A DNA stretch of 64,000 nt from an uncultured Bacilli bacterium (GCA_947588685.1 CANPYM010000005.1:298-64297), one strand, 5' to 3'. Shown: positions 10,678 to 19,614, counted from the stretch's first letter. Notes: generated by a model from the sequence alone, not told the origin. Numbers and translations: made by a program.

Positions 10678-10699
10678 AAACTGCTACGGCAGTTTTTTT
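10678..10699 (+). terminator. intrinsic terminator
   Basis: aaactgc-tacg-gcagttt hairpin followed by a T-run. Confidence 0.75.
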
Positions 10700-10749
10700 G
10701 TGATATTAAAGCTCATATCTTCATAATATTAAATGATAGGAGAGATAAA

Positions 10750-11367
10750 GTGAAGAAAGTATATACATTTAAAAAAGATATTTTATTCAAGAATAATATT
10801 TATGAAATACTAAGTATTGCGCTTGATAAAACTTTTAGCGTTGATGGTTATACCATCAGGGGTGAGTTTAATATATCAGGAGATTATTTAATTAAGGAAA
10901 GTGAGCAGGATACTTTTAATATTAATATTCCTTATTTAAATTATATTGAGGATGTTTATGATGTTTCTAATATTACGGTTGATATTGATGATTTTTACTA
11001 TGATGTGAAAGATGATAATCGTTTGTGTGTCAATATTGATGTTTTAGTCGATGGCTTAGAAGAAAAAGAAAACCGTGACTTTATTGAAGAGGTGGAAGCT
11101 AAGGGCGAGTTAATTGAAGATGATGACGACGATGACGATGATGATCTTGCTTTCGCTTCACTAGATAATGACCGTCCTAATCATTATTTGGATAGTGATA
11201 ATACGGATGCTTTTGTTACATACCGCGTTTGTATTGTAAGAGAAGGTGACACACTAGAAAGTATTACGGATAAATATGCCGTAACCCTTGATACTTTAAA
11301 GGAATATAATATCATTAATGAAATTAATCCTGGTGATAAACTAATTATTCCATATGAACGCGATTAA
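10750..11367 (+). CDS. SpoVID-like sporulation protein with C-terminal LysM domain
   Basis: GTG start behind RBS taggagag. Central poly-Asp tract (EDDDDDDDDD). The C-terminal stretch YRVCIVREGDTLESITDKYAVTLDTLKEYNII..INPGDKLIIP fits LysM. The downstream ysxE-like gene mirrors B. subtilis spoVID-ysxE. Confidence 0.6.
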   Translation: MKKVYTFKKDILFKNNIYEILSIALDKTFSVDGYTIRGEFNISGDYLIKESEQDTFNINIPYLNYIEDVYDVSNITVDIDDFYYDVKDDNRLCVNIDVLVDGLEEKENRDFIEEVEAKGELIEDDDDDDDDDLAFASLDNDRPNHYLDSDNTDAFVTYRVCIVREGDTLESITDKYAVTLDTLKEYNIINEINPGDKLIIPYERD

Positions 11368-12217
11368 TGAACTATTAAAGCGCCAACATATTCATAGTAC
11401 ACGCTATGAGCAAAGAGGTAAGTGTATGATTGCCACCGGTGATGATAAAGTCGTCATTAAACCCCATAAAACAGACATTTATGCTTATTTAGATTATCGT
11501 AATTTTAATCATTATCCAGCTTTTCAGATTGATGATGGGTATGAGATATCCGAATATATTGAAGATGTGGATATTCCAAGAGAACAAAAAATGATTGACC
11601 TCATCACCTTAACGGCTTCCTTACATAAAAAAACAACGTACTACAAGAAAATAGGTACGTTTGAAGTTAAAGATATCTATGAAGATCTTAAAGCTGAGAT
11701 AAGTGATGTTCGCTATTTTTATGATAGCTTAATGAATGAGATTGAAAGTACTATCTATATGGCGCCATCAGCTTACCTTTTAGCGCGTAATATCAGTTTT
11801 GTCTATCAAATGCTAGATTACGCTAATCATCATCTTGACTTATGGTATGAAAATATTAAAAAAAGTGATCGGGTTAGAGTTGCTATTATCCATAACAATC
11901 TATCTTTAGATCATTTTTTAAATAATACTTTAATCAGTTGGGATAATGCTAAAATTGGTTTGCCGATTATTGATTTATATAAGCTATACAAAAGCGCCTA
12001 TAATGAATATGATTGGAATGAACTTCTAGATATTTATAGTGAGACCTTTCCTTTAAAAGAAGATGAAATATTTTTATTTAAAACACTAATAGCTATTCCC
12101 CTTAAAGTAAAGCTTACTAGTATTGAGATTGATAATGTAAGAGAAGTTAATGAAAAACTTAATTATCTAAAATTAACGAGCCTTTTTCTTACCAAAAAAT
12201 CCGAAACAGCGAAATAA
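11354..12217 (+). CDS. CotS/YsxE-like spore-coat kinase-fold protein
   Basis: HNNLSLDHFL (HxDxxxxN-like catalytic loop) and WDNAKIGLPIIDL (DxD-like), resembling the CotS/choline-kinase fold. Overlaps the preceding gene by 14 nt. Confidence 0.55.
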   Translation: MNAINELLKRQHIHSTRYEQRGKCMIATGDDKVVIKPHKTDIYAYLDYRNFNHYPAFQIDDGYEISEYIEDVDIPREQKMIDLITLTASLHKKTTYYKKIGTFEVKDIYEDLKAEISDVRYFYDSLMNEIESTIYMAPSAYLLARNISFVYQMLDYANHHLDLWYENIKKSDRVRVAIIHNNLSLDHFLNNTLISWDNAKIGLPIIDLYKLYKSAYNEYDWNELLDIYSETFPLKEDEIFLFKTLIAIPLKVKLTSIEIDNVREVNEKLNYLKLTSLFLTKKSETAK

Positions 12218-12407
12218 AGAAAAGAAAGAAAAAGAAAAATAAAAGGAAGACATTAAAACGGGTCACAATAAAGAAAGTAATGATTAATTGATAAAAAATA
12301 ATGATAAAAAAGATAAGAGAAAAGACATACCAAAGACCTCTTTTACGCCACCAATGCATAGTATCACCTATAATAATATATGAGTATAAAAAGATATGTT
12401 GCCTCAT
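12189..12407 (-). CDS. possible small hydrophobic membrane protein
   Basis: 72-aa ORF on the opposite strand in a gap otherwise without genes. It is very Phe/Ile-rich and could be an artefact of the A-rich + strand. Confidence 0.25.
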   Translation of the reverse strand: MRQHIFLYSYIIIGDTMHWWRKRGLWYVFSLIFFIIIFYQLIITFFIVTRFNVFLLFFFFFLFFISLFRIFW

Positions 12408-12427
12408 ATAATTAAGTGGGTGATAAA

Positions 12428-13207
12428 ATGAATATCGGTGATATGGTTACACGTAATTCCCATAATAATGATATTGTTTTTACAATTGTTGATATTGATG
12501 ATGATGTCTATTATTTAAAAGGTATTAATGTCCGATTATATGCTGATAGTTTAGTTGATGATTTAGTTAAGTATGACAATAATGAAGATATTGAGGATGA
12601 AAAAGATTTTCAAGAACGGCTTAAAGAAGACGATGTCGATAGAAATAGTGAATATTTTTATTTACCGGGTAAGATTCTTCATATTGATGGTGACCGTGAC
12701 TATCTAAAAAGATGTTTAAATTACTATGAATCAAAAAATATTGCGGCTATCGGGTTTACGAAAAAAGAAGATGAAATAGCTAATGATATATATGCCTTAT
12801 TAGAAGAGTATCAACCTAATATTTTAGTTATAACAGGTCATGATGCTTACTATAAGAAAAAGGGAGGCTATGAAGAAGCATCGGCTTATAAGAATAGTAG
12901 TTTATTTATCGATGCGGTTAAAGAGGCTAGACGGTTTGAAAGTAGTCATCAAAAACTAATTGTCATTGCCGGTGCTTGCCAGTCTAACTATGAAGCTTTG
13001 ATTAAAGCGGGAGCTAACTTCGCCTCATCGCCTAAAAGGATTAATATTCATGCCCTAGATCCAGCTATTATTGCTGCTCATATGAGTCTTGCTGATACAA
13101 ATAAAGATATCAATTTAAAGGATATTATTGAACACACGAAATATGGCTCTGAAGGTATGGGGGGAATTATTACTAAAGGGACAATGTATACGGGGTATCC
13201 AAGATGA
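12428..13207 (+). CDS. yabG: sporulation-specific protease YabG
   Basis: Strong resemblance to B. subtilis YabG blocks: IGDMV.R, LPGK.LH.DGD..YLK.CL, ILVITGHDAY.K.KGG, GACQS..E.LI.AGANFASSP.R.NIHALDP. The start is moved to ATG 12428. Confidence 0.88.
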   Translation: MNIGDMVTRNSHNNDIVFTIVDIDDDVYYLKGINVRLYADSLVDDLVKYDNNEDIEDEKDFQERLKEDDVDRNSEYFYLPGKILHIDGDRDYLKRCLNYYESKNIAAIGFTKKEDEIANDIYALLEEYQPNILVITGHDAYYKKKGGYEEASAYKNSSLFIDAVKEARRFESSHQKLIVIAGACQSNYEALIKAGANFASSPKRINIHALDPAIIAAHMSLADTNKDINLKDIIEHTKYGSEGMGGIITKGTMYTGYPR

Positions 13208-13431
13208 ATGTCTATCAAATCAAAAAGTATTTAAAAAATAAAATTGGCGCTAAAGCTAAAATAAAATGTAATTTAGGTCGAAATAAATATGAAACATATA
13301 TTGTAACTTTAGATAAGCTTTATGATAATGTCTTCACTGTCATTGAAGAAAAGGAATATGGTCCGATTGTTAAGTGCTTTTCATATAATGATATTATGAT
13401 GCACCTGATTAGGATTGATTTTCATATTTAA
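13204..13431 (+). CDS. veg: Veg family protein
   Basis: 75 aa. IKK.L....G....I..N.GRNK......L...Y.NVF.......FSY.DI matches the Veg pattern. The yabG-veg adjacency is as in B. subtilis. ATGA overlap with yabG. Confidence 0.8.
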   Translation: MNVYQIKKYLKNKIGAKAKIKCNLGRNKYETYIVTLDKLYDNVFTVIEEKEYGPIVKCFSYNDIMMHLIRIDFHI

Positions 13432-13434
13432 ATG

Positions 13435-13443
13435 TGCTATAAT
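13435..13443 (+). promoter_or_regulatory. extended -10 promoter (TGcTATAAT) for ssrA
   Basis: TG at 13435-36 and TATAAT at 13438-43. A short leader hairpin (gttacttgaaa / tttcaagta..aac) lies before the mature 5' end. Confidence 0.55.
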
Positions 13444-13473
13444 CTTGTTACTTGAAAGATTTCAAGTAGTAAC

Positions 13474-13811
13474 GGGGTCGTCTAGTTTCGACGGATCTAC
13501 TGGTACTTAGATGGCAAGTCGGAGGTACACGTTAAGTACAACCCAAAAATAACTGGAAACAGATTTAATTTAGCCTTCGCTTAATAATTAGCAGGCGCTT
13601 CTTATAATCCTTCTCCCACGAGGAATATAAGAGGCTCAACTTTGTGGGATATATCATTATTATGCCTAAGGTAATGATGAATAAGTAGGCTCGCTAAAAA
13701 TTGGGTTGTTAGTTACTAACAATTTTTAGGACTTTTAATAACTAACTAAACTTGTAGAAGTCTAGGGGTTGGTATTTTCGGACATGGGTGCGATTCCCAT
13801 CGACTCCACCA
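13474..13811 (+). ncRNA. ssrA: tmRNA (SsrA)
   Basis: 5' GGGGTCGTCTAGTTTCGACGG and 3' ...GGACATGGGTGCGATTCCCATCGACTCCACCA form the tRNA-Ala-like acceptor/T-arm. The internal tag frame ...GGA AAC AGA TTT AAT TTA GCC TTC GCT TAA TAA (ends 13581, stops at 13582-13587) encodes ...GNRFNLAFA. Confidence 0.93.
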
Positions 13812-13821
13812 GTTTGTTAAC

Positions 13822-13850
13822 AAACTCTTATTTTATAAGAGTTTTTATTT
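13822..13850 (+). terminator. intrinsic terminator after ssrA
   Basis: aaactctta / taagagttt hairpin followed by TTTTTATTT. Confidence 0.7.
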
Positions 13851-13893
13851 TTATAAAAAAATGGTAGAATATAGGTAGTTGGATGGTGGTTAG

Positions 13894-14796
13894 ATGAATA
13901 ATATTGATTTAAATTTATATAAGACTTTTTATATCGTGGCTAAATGTAAAAGTTTTACGAAGGCGGCCGAGTTGTTATATATATCACAACCGGCAGTTAC
14001 GCAAGCAGTACGAAAGTTAGAAGAACAGTTAAATAATCGATTATTTGAAAGGACTTCAACGGGTGTCACTTTAACACCCGCAGGGGAAGTTGTCTACTAT
14101 TATGCGGAAACGATATATAATTTATCTGATGCCACATCAACCCTAACGGAAAAAATTAAAGCAAGTAAAATACGCTCAATTGATATTGGTGTTCCAACCC
14201 ATATTGGCGCCTTTTACTTTGTTAGATATTTAAAACAGTTTAATGACGCATATCCCAATGTTAAAATCAATATTATTAATAAAAAATCCGATGAGATGTT
14301 AAAGATGCTTCAAAAAAGAGAACTTGATATAGTTATTGATACAGATATGGATAATATTGACGACAAAACGATTAAAACTGAGCAAATACTAGAATTAGAA
14401 AGTTGTTTTGTTGGTAGTGAAAAATTTAAAAATGTATCTTTAAAAGGTACGATAAATGCCTTAGATTTAACTAAATATCCTTTGATATTACCTGGCAAAA
14501 CTACCACTAACCGCAAAGTTATAGATTTGTATTTTAAAAGAAGAAATATTGTTTTAAATCCTATTATTGAAGCAAACTCGTCATCAATTTCTAGAGGTAT
14601 CATTCATCAAGGAATTGGTATTGGTTGGATGATTAAAGATTTCGTTGAAGAAGACTTACAAAATGGAAGTTTATTTGAAATTAAAGTAGACATTGATCCA
14701 GTTATGATACCTCTTAGTGTTGCTTATCACAAAAAATTTGTGAGTGATGAGGTTAAAGCCTTTATTAAAATTTTAACGAAGAAAGAAAAAATCTAA
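13894..14796 (+). CDS. LysR-family transcriptional regulator
   Basis: N-terminal HTH_1 signature (L..F..VA...SFTKAAE.L.ISQPAVTQ.V..LE..L...LFER) plus a roughly 200-aa substrate-binding domain. Confidence 0.9.
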   Translation: MNNIDLNLYKTFYIVAKCKSFTKAAELLYISQPAVTQAVRKLEEQLNNRLFERTSTGVTLTPAGEVVYYYAETIYNLSDATSTLTEKIKASKIRSIDIGVPTHIGAFYFVRYLKQFNDAYPNVKINIINKKSDEMLKMLQKRELDIVIDTDMDNIDDKTIKTEQILELESCFVGSEKFKNVSLKGTINALDLTKYPLILPGKTTTNRKVIDLYFKRRNIVLNPIIEANSSSISRGIIHQGIGIGWMIKDFVEEDLQNGSLFEIKVDIDPVMIPLSVAYHKKFVSDEVKAFIKILTKKEKI

Positions 14797-14816
14797 AGAT
14801 GCTTTAGATTTTTTTT
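14790..14816 (+). terminator. intrinsic terminator after the LysR gene
   Basis: aatctaaag-atg-ctttagatt hairpin enclosing the stop codon, followed by T8. Confidence 0.75.
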
Positions 14817-14837
14817 GTTATAATTGAAACTTATAAC
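14816..14837 (+). promoter_or_regulatory. extended -10 promoter of the ten-gene operon, overlapped by a perfect 7-bp inverted repeat (candidate LysR operator)
   Basis: TGtTATAAT (TG 14816-17, TATAAT 14819-24). GTTATAA (14817-23)-N7-TTATAAC (14831-37) is a perfect dyad and a T-N11-A style site. Confidence 0.5.
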
Positions 14838-14902
14838 ATATAAATATTTGATATTGGTAATTTAAGAAAAATCATTATAAAATCAAATTAGGTGATGAAT
14901 AT

Positions 14903-15796
14903 ATGCAATTTAATGGTTATATAGATTTACATATTCATACTAATAATTCTGATGGTCAATTTTCTCCATCAGAAATAATTGAATTCGCTCAAAAAAGCGG
15001 AACTCAATTCATAGCTATCAGTGACCATGATAGTATAAATGGCCTAGAAGAATTTCATGAAAACTTGCCTGTTGATATGTTTGGTATTGATGCGGTGGAG
15101 TTTTCATCTTTTATTTTATTAAACAATCGTAAAATAAGACTTCATCTTTTAGGTTATGGCTTTGATACTAAAAATTATAAAATGGTATCGTTGTTAGACG
15201 AAATGCGTGAGAAACGTCTTAGTGCGCATCATAATTTATTAAGATTATTACAAGAACAAAATGTATGTTTATCTGATGAAAGTCTTGCTAAATTAGATCT
15301 CGAAAGATATTGTTGGTTTGACCGCGAGGTTATCAAATGTTTAGAGCAAGAACATTATTCACCATCGTTAATTTGCGAATACCGAAAATATTTTAAGGCG
15401 CATCGCTTTAGCTATGGTGACGATTATGATTTAGATATTAAAAGAGCTATTGAGACAATTAAAGCATCTGGCGGATATGCTATATTGGCTCATCCGATGG
15501 CTTATAAGTTAGATCGTGATGATGTCTCTAGCATTATTTTAAAGTTACTAACTTTCGGAATTGATGGCATTGAAGTATATCAATCTGATTGTTCTGATGC
15601 TGATAGTGACTATTTAAATGAAATCGCTACAAAATATTCTTTGCTATCATCAGTCGGTAGTGACTTTCATCGCCTTATAAATTCTGATGGAAGAATAATT
15701 GGCCGAGGCATTGATGATAATTTATGTCTTACAGAAACGTCGTTTGCTAATAAAGTATTAGAAAAGAAAATGGTTTTTAAAGGAGGTGCGAAGTGA
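14903..15796 (+). CDS. PHP-domain metal-dependent phosphoesterase (TrpH/YciV-like)
   Basis: DLHIHTNNSDG, AISDHDS, ILAHP, GSDFH: the canonical PHP His/Asp ligand set. Confidence 0.85.
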   Translation: MQFNGYIDLHIHTNNSDGQFSPSEIIEFAQKSGTQFIAISDHDSINGLEEFHENLPVDMFGIDAVEFSSFILLNNRKIRLHLLGYGFDTKNYKMVSLLDEMREKRLSAHHNLLRLLQEQNVCLSDESLAKLDLERYCWFDREVIKCLEQEHYSPSLICEYRKYFKAHRFSYGDDYDLDIKRAIETIKASGGYAILAHPMAYKLDRDDVSSIILKLLTFGIDGIEVYQSDCSDADSDYLNEIATKYSLLSSVGSDFHRLINSDGRIIGRGIDDNLCLTETSFANKVLEKKMVFKGGAK

Positions 15797-16272
15797 AAAT
15801 ATTTATATCGTGTCCTTTTACGGGACTATGTGATGATCATCGATATGAAGTTAAAGAAGAGTATAAAAAGTTTTTTAATCAATTAGTAGCTTTAATGGAA
15901 AAAATGCACTGTGAATATTATTTAGCTATTAAAAGGGAAAATTGGGGTTTAGATCATAAGGGACCAGAAGAGTGTACGAAAAGTGATTTTGAGGGCGTTA
16001 AGGATAGTGATATATTGATTATTATTCCTGGTAACAATATATCACAAGGAATCTCTGGTGGCGTTCATATTGAACTCGGCTGGGCATCAGCTATGCATAA
16101 AAAAATGTATATTTTACTAGAAGACAATTTCAAGTATTCACCAGTTTTACTAGGACTTAATACCCTAAGTCCTACAGAATATGTTCCATGTAATAGTTTT
16201 TTAGATAATCATATGTTAAAAATAATTAAAGAAATTATTGAAAAAGAAATAAAGTTAAGGTTGGGAGTGTAG
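15793..16272 (+). CDS. nucleoside 2-deoxyribosyltransferase-superfamily protein (NDT/DNPH1/BlsM-MilB-like fold)
   Basis: 159 aa. Begins with a beta-strand MKIFISCPF, and SGGVHIELGWA resembles the catalytic-Glu motif (..G...E.G.A) of the family. GTG start overlaps the upstream stop (GTGA). RBS aggagg. Confidence 0.6.
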   Translation: MKIFISCPFTGLCDDHRYEVKEEYKKFFNQLVALMEKMHCEYYLAIKRENWGLDHKGPEECTKSDFEGVKDSDILIIIPGNNISQGISGGVHIELGWASAMHKKMYILLEDNFKYSPVLLGLNTLSPTEYVPCNSFLDNHMLKIIKEIIEKEIKLRLGV

Positions 16273-16274
16273 AT

Positions 16275-17294
16275 ATGTATTTAAAATTAATTGATGAAAA
16301 AGGGGAAAAATTAAATAAGTTTTATGATAAGCCATTTTATGTATATTTATCATTATCAAATATGTGTAATGCCAATTGTGTTTTCTGTGATGTTAGAACT
16401 AATAAAGAAAAAAAATGTAGCATCGATGTAAAAAAATTAATTGATGAATTAGCTAGTATGGGAACACAATATATTCATTTTACGGGTGGTGGCGAACCAT
16501 TTGTCAATGATGATATTTTTACTTATTTAGAATATTGTACACAAAAAAATATCAAAATAATAATTATTTCGAATGGCTTAAATCTTGATGAAGATAAAAT
16601 TAAGCGGATGCAGGCATACAATATTCATACTATCTTCTTTTCACTTGATAGTCATTTACCGGAAATTCATGACCATTTGCGCCGGGTTGATGGTATATGG
16701 GATAAAGTGACTAGTAATATCAATCTAATAAAGAAGTATATGCCATCGGTTAAGATTGTTTTAAATCATGTTTTAAATCGTGAAAATATCGACGATTTTG
16801 ATAAGTTTATTAAATTAAAAGAAAAATATAATTTTGATTATATTAATCCTATTGTAATAAAAGACTATGATGAATTGTTTTTCACACCGGATCAAATTCA
16901 AAAATATAATGCTAACTTAGATTATTATTACGAATTATCTAAAAGTCTTGGTGTTGACTTTTTGGCAAGTAATATTAACTTTTTTAAGAAGGGTGTTAGT
17001 TCATTTGGAGATCGCTATAATAATATCGATTTAAAATGTGTTTATCCATCTTTTGTAGCTTTCATTGATGCGCCAACGGGATATGTTTATCCATGTGATT
17101 GCAGTATTCATCGGGATCGAACAATATATAAAATTGGAGAATTAAAAGAGCAATCATTTCAAGAAATATGGAATGGAAATAAAAGACGTATCTTAAAACT
17201 TAAATTATTGAATAGTGAGTTAGATTGTAAAACAAAATGTGATGAAGCTAATTGTGAGTTTAATAAGTACTATTTTGCGATGAAAGGGGAGTAA
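16275..17294 (+). CDS. radical SAM enzyme with C-terminal SPASM/twitch-type auxiliary Cys domain
   Basis: CNANCVFC (CxxxCxxC), GGGEP SAM-binding motif, C-x13-G-x4-C (CVYPSFVAFIDAPTGYVYPC), and CKTKCDEANC near the C-terminus. Confidence 0.85.
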   Translation: MYLKLIDEKGEKLNKFYDKPFYVYLSLSNMCNANCVFCDVRTNKEKKCSIDVKKLIDELASMGTQYIHFTGGGEPFVNDDIFTYLEYCTQKNIKIIIISNGLNLDEDKIKRMQAYNIHTIFFSLDSHLPEIHDHLRRVDGIWDKVTSNINLIKKYMPSVKIVLNHVLNRENIDDFDKFIKLKEKYNFDYINPIVIKDYDELFFTPDQIQKYNANLDYYYELSKSLGVDFLASNINFFKKGVSSFGDRYNNIDLKCVYPSFVAFIDAPTGYVYPCDCSIHRDRTIYKIGELKEQSFQEIWNGNKRRILKLKLLNSELDCKTKCDEANCEFNKYYFAMKGE

Positions 17295-17295
17295 T

Positions 17296-18417
17296 ATGCG
17301 AATCTTAGTGTCGGCTGAAAGCTTTGGATATGGACCTGTGACAACGGGGCTTAACGTTGTTAAAGAACTAAGAAAATATCCTGATGTTACTTTGGATTTT
17401 ATCGGTTCTGGTATAGCCTTAGAGCAAGCTAAATTAAGTGGCTATTTTCTTAATTTTTATGTATGTGATACATACGATTTAGATAGTTTAAGAAAATATA
17501 AGGATATTTTATCATCATACGATGCCTATTTATCGGCTGAAAATCTTAATGGAGCTATTTTTGCTTTAGAGAATGGATTATATAATACATATTATTTAGA
17601 TAATTTAATGTGGATGTGGGATAAAATACCACCAGAGCTTAATAATGTCAAAAAATATTTCATTTCCGAAATTATTCCTTGTCATCAAAATTTTGCGAGA
17701 ATTGGTAAAGCAATTAAAAATCCTGTTTTTGTAGGACCAATTCGCCAAGTGGAAACCAAAAAGTGCCCATCCCAAAATCAATTGATGATTAATATTGGTG
17801 GAGCGGAATCATTTTTACTTGATCATCATTTAATTGTTAATTTTTATGATAAGTTGATTAACGATATTTTAGAGGTTCCGGAACTAGAACGCTTTTCAAC
17901 TATAATTCTTTGTGGTGGGAGCCGTGTTATAAAAGGGATTAAATTAAAAGGTGGTAATCCAAAAGTAAAAAAATGTACCTTATCACATGATGAATATTTA
18001 AAAGAAATGGAAAAATCTAGTTATTGTATTATGGCATCGGGACTTGGCAATTTTATTGAAGCTGTTGGTAAAAACAAAAATATAATGTTTTTGCCGCCAA
18101 TTAATTATAGTCAGCTTCAACAACTTGAATACTATGAAGAAAACAAATTTGGCTTTGATATTATTAATTGGTCTGACTTTGATTTTTATGAGGATATTCC
18201 CAAATATTTAGATGAAGAAACGGGTGTGGCTTTAGTCACTTTAAATATAGAAAAATATATGCAACAAGATTATAAAGCTTTAATTCAAAATCTTGTTCGA
18301 AAATTTGTCGATAGCGATCAAGAATCTTTTTACAATGTTAGAAATAAATATGTTGAAAGATTTGATAAAGATGCTTCTTCAAAAATTGCTAAAATTATTT
18401 ATGAAGAAAATTGTTGA
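17296..18417 (+). CDS. GT-B fold glycosyltransferase-like protein (GT1/GT28-like)
   Basis: N-terminal MRILVSAESFGYGP (Rossmann start typical of GT1/MurG-like enzymes), a second Rossmann half (INIGGAES...ILCGGS...MASGLGNFIEA). No TM segments. Confidence 0.55.
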   Translation: MRILVSAESFGYGPVTTGLNVVKELRKYPDVTLDFIGSGIALEQAKLSGYFLNFYVCDTYDLDSLRKYKDILSSYDAYLSAENLNGAIFALENGLYNTYYLDNLMWMWDKIPPELNNVKKYFISEIIPCHQNFARIGKAIKNPVFVGPIRQVETKKCPSQNQLMINIGGAESFLLDHHLIVNFYDKLINDILEVPELERFSTIILCGGSRVIKGIKLKGGNPKVKKCTLSHDEYLKEMEKSSYCIMASGLGNFIEAVGKNKNIMFLPPINYSQLQQLEYYEENKFGFDIINWSDFDFYEDIPKYLDEETGVALVTLNIEKYMQQDYKALIQNLVRKFVDSDQESFYNVRNKYVERFDKDASSKIAKIIYEENC

Positions 18418-18426
18418 GGTGATGGT

Positions 18427-19614
18427 ATGATAATACCTAATGATCCTTTTTTAGGAACACATTATATTGGTAAAGAAGAGCAAAAGGCCGCTCGCGAAGT
18501 ACTAAAAAGTAAAAGTTTATTTCGTTATCACGGCCCTAATTTACTATATAAGACTGATGAATTTGAAAAAAATATGGCTAAATATTTAGGCGTTAAATAT
18601 GTTTTAGCTTGTTCAAATGGCGCTGCGGCTATTAAATTAGCTTGTATAGCAAATGATATTGGTCCTGGTGATGAAGTTTTGATGTCGCCTTTTACTTTTA
18701 TCGCATCAGCAAGTAGTGTTTTAGCTTGTGGAGCCGTACCAAAGTTTGTTGATATTGATGAGAGTATGAATATTGACCCATTACAAATTGAAAAGAATAT
18801 TTCGCCACAGACGAAAGCCATTTTAGTTATTCATATGCAGGGTCAACCATGTGATATGCGAAAAATTATGGCCGTGGCAAAGAAATATAAACTAGTTGTT
18901 ATTGAAGATACAGCGCAAGCTCTAGGATCAGAAATTAATGGTAAGAAAGCTGGAACAATAGGAAATTGTGGAGCCTTTAGCTTACAAGCAGGCAAAACAA
19001 TTACATGTGGTGAGGGTGGCTTTTTAGCTACTAATAATAAGACTTTGTATGAAAGAGCTAAAATGTATCATGACAATGGTGGTTACCGCATCGGATGTGA
19101 TTATCCAACTTGGGAAAATGGCAAAACGATTTTTGGTGAAAACTTTAAATTAACCGAACTTCAAAGTGCTATAGCTAATGAGCAGTTGAAGAAGATTAAT
19201 AAAATATTAAAACGTCAAAAACAAGTATATAATTATATTACTCAAAAAATTGATCTTGATTTTTATCATTTACGTCCCGCTCCTAAACATAGTGAGTTAG
19301 TTTATTCTAATATATCTTTTATTTTTAAAACGGAACAAGAATGTCAAAAATTTATCAAATATATGAATGATCGAGGCATTAATTTTAACATTTATTGTAG
19401 TAATTTAATCAATCAATTTGATACTTTCAAATATCAACAATCTTGGCATCATTCCCATTTTCCATACAATATATCTAAATATCAAAGTTCAAAGTGTCCT
19501 AAGGCGCAATCTTTATTTAAAAGAGTAGCTTGGTTTAGTCTATCGGCATCTTTAAAAAAGAAACATCTAAAGTATATTGTTAAGTGTTTAGAGGATTATA
19601 AGAATGAATTTTAG
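18427..19614 (+). CDS. DegT/DnrJ/EryC1/StrS-family PLP-dependent aminotransferase
   Basis: Blocks SNGAAAIKLA, VIEDTAQALGSE..GKKAGT.G..GAFSLQAGKTITCGEGG, with the PLP lysine in the SLQAGK context. Confidence 0.88.
   Translation: MIIPNDPFLGTHYIGKEEQKAAREVLKSKSLFRYHGPNLLYKTDEFEKNMAKYLGVKYVLACSNGAAAIKLACIANDIGPGDEVLMSPFTFIASASSVLACGAVPKFVDIDESMNIDPLQIEKNISPQTKAILVIHMQGQPCDMRKIMAVAKKYKLVVIEDTAQALGSEINGKKAGTIGNCGAFSLQAGKTITCGEGGFLATNNKTLYERAKMYHDNGGYRIGCDYPTWENGKTIFGENFKLTELQSAIANEQLKKINKILKRQKQVYNYITQKIDLDFYHLRPAPKHSELVYSNISFIFKTEQECQKFIKYMNDRGINFNIYCSNLINQFDTFKYQQSWHHSHFPYNISKYQSSKCPKAQSLFKRVAWFSLSASLKKKHLKYIVKCLEDYKNEF

Noticed and set aside
12195-12260. Purine-rich run (gaaataaagaaaagaaagaaaaagaaaaataaaaggaag) as a possible regulatory repeat.
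   Set aside because: It coincides with the 3' end of the ysxE-like gene and its downstream spacer, and shows no periodic unit. It probably just generates the Phe-rich antisense ORF at 12189-12407, which I kept only at low confidence.
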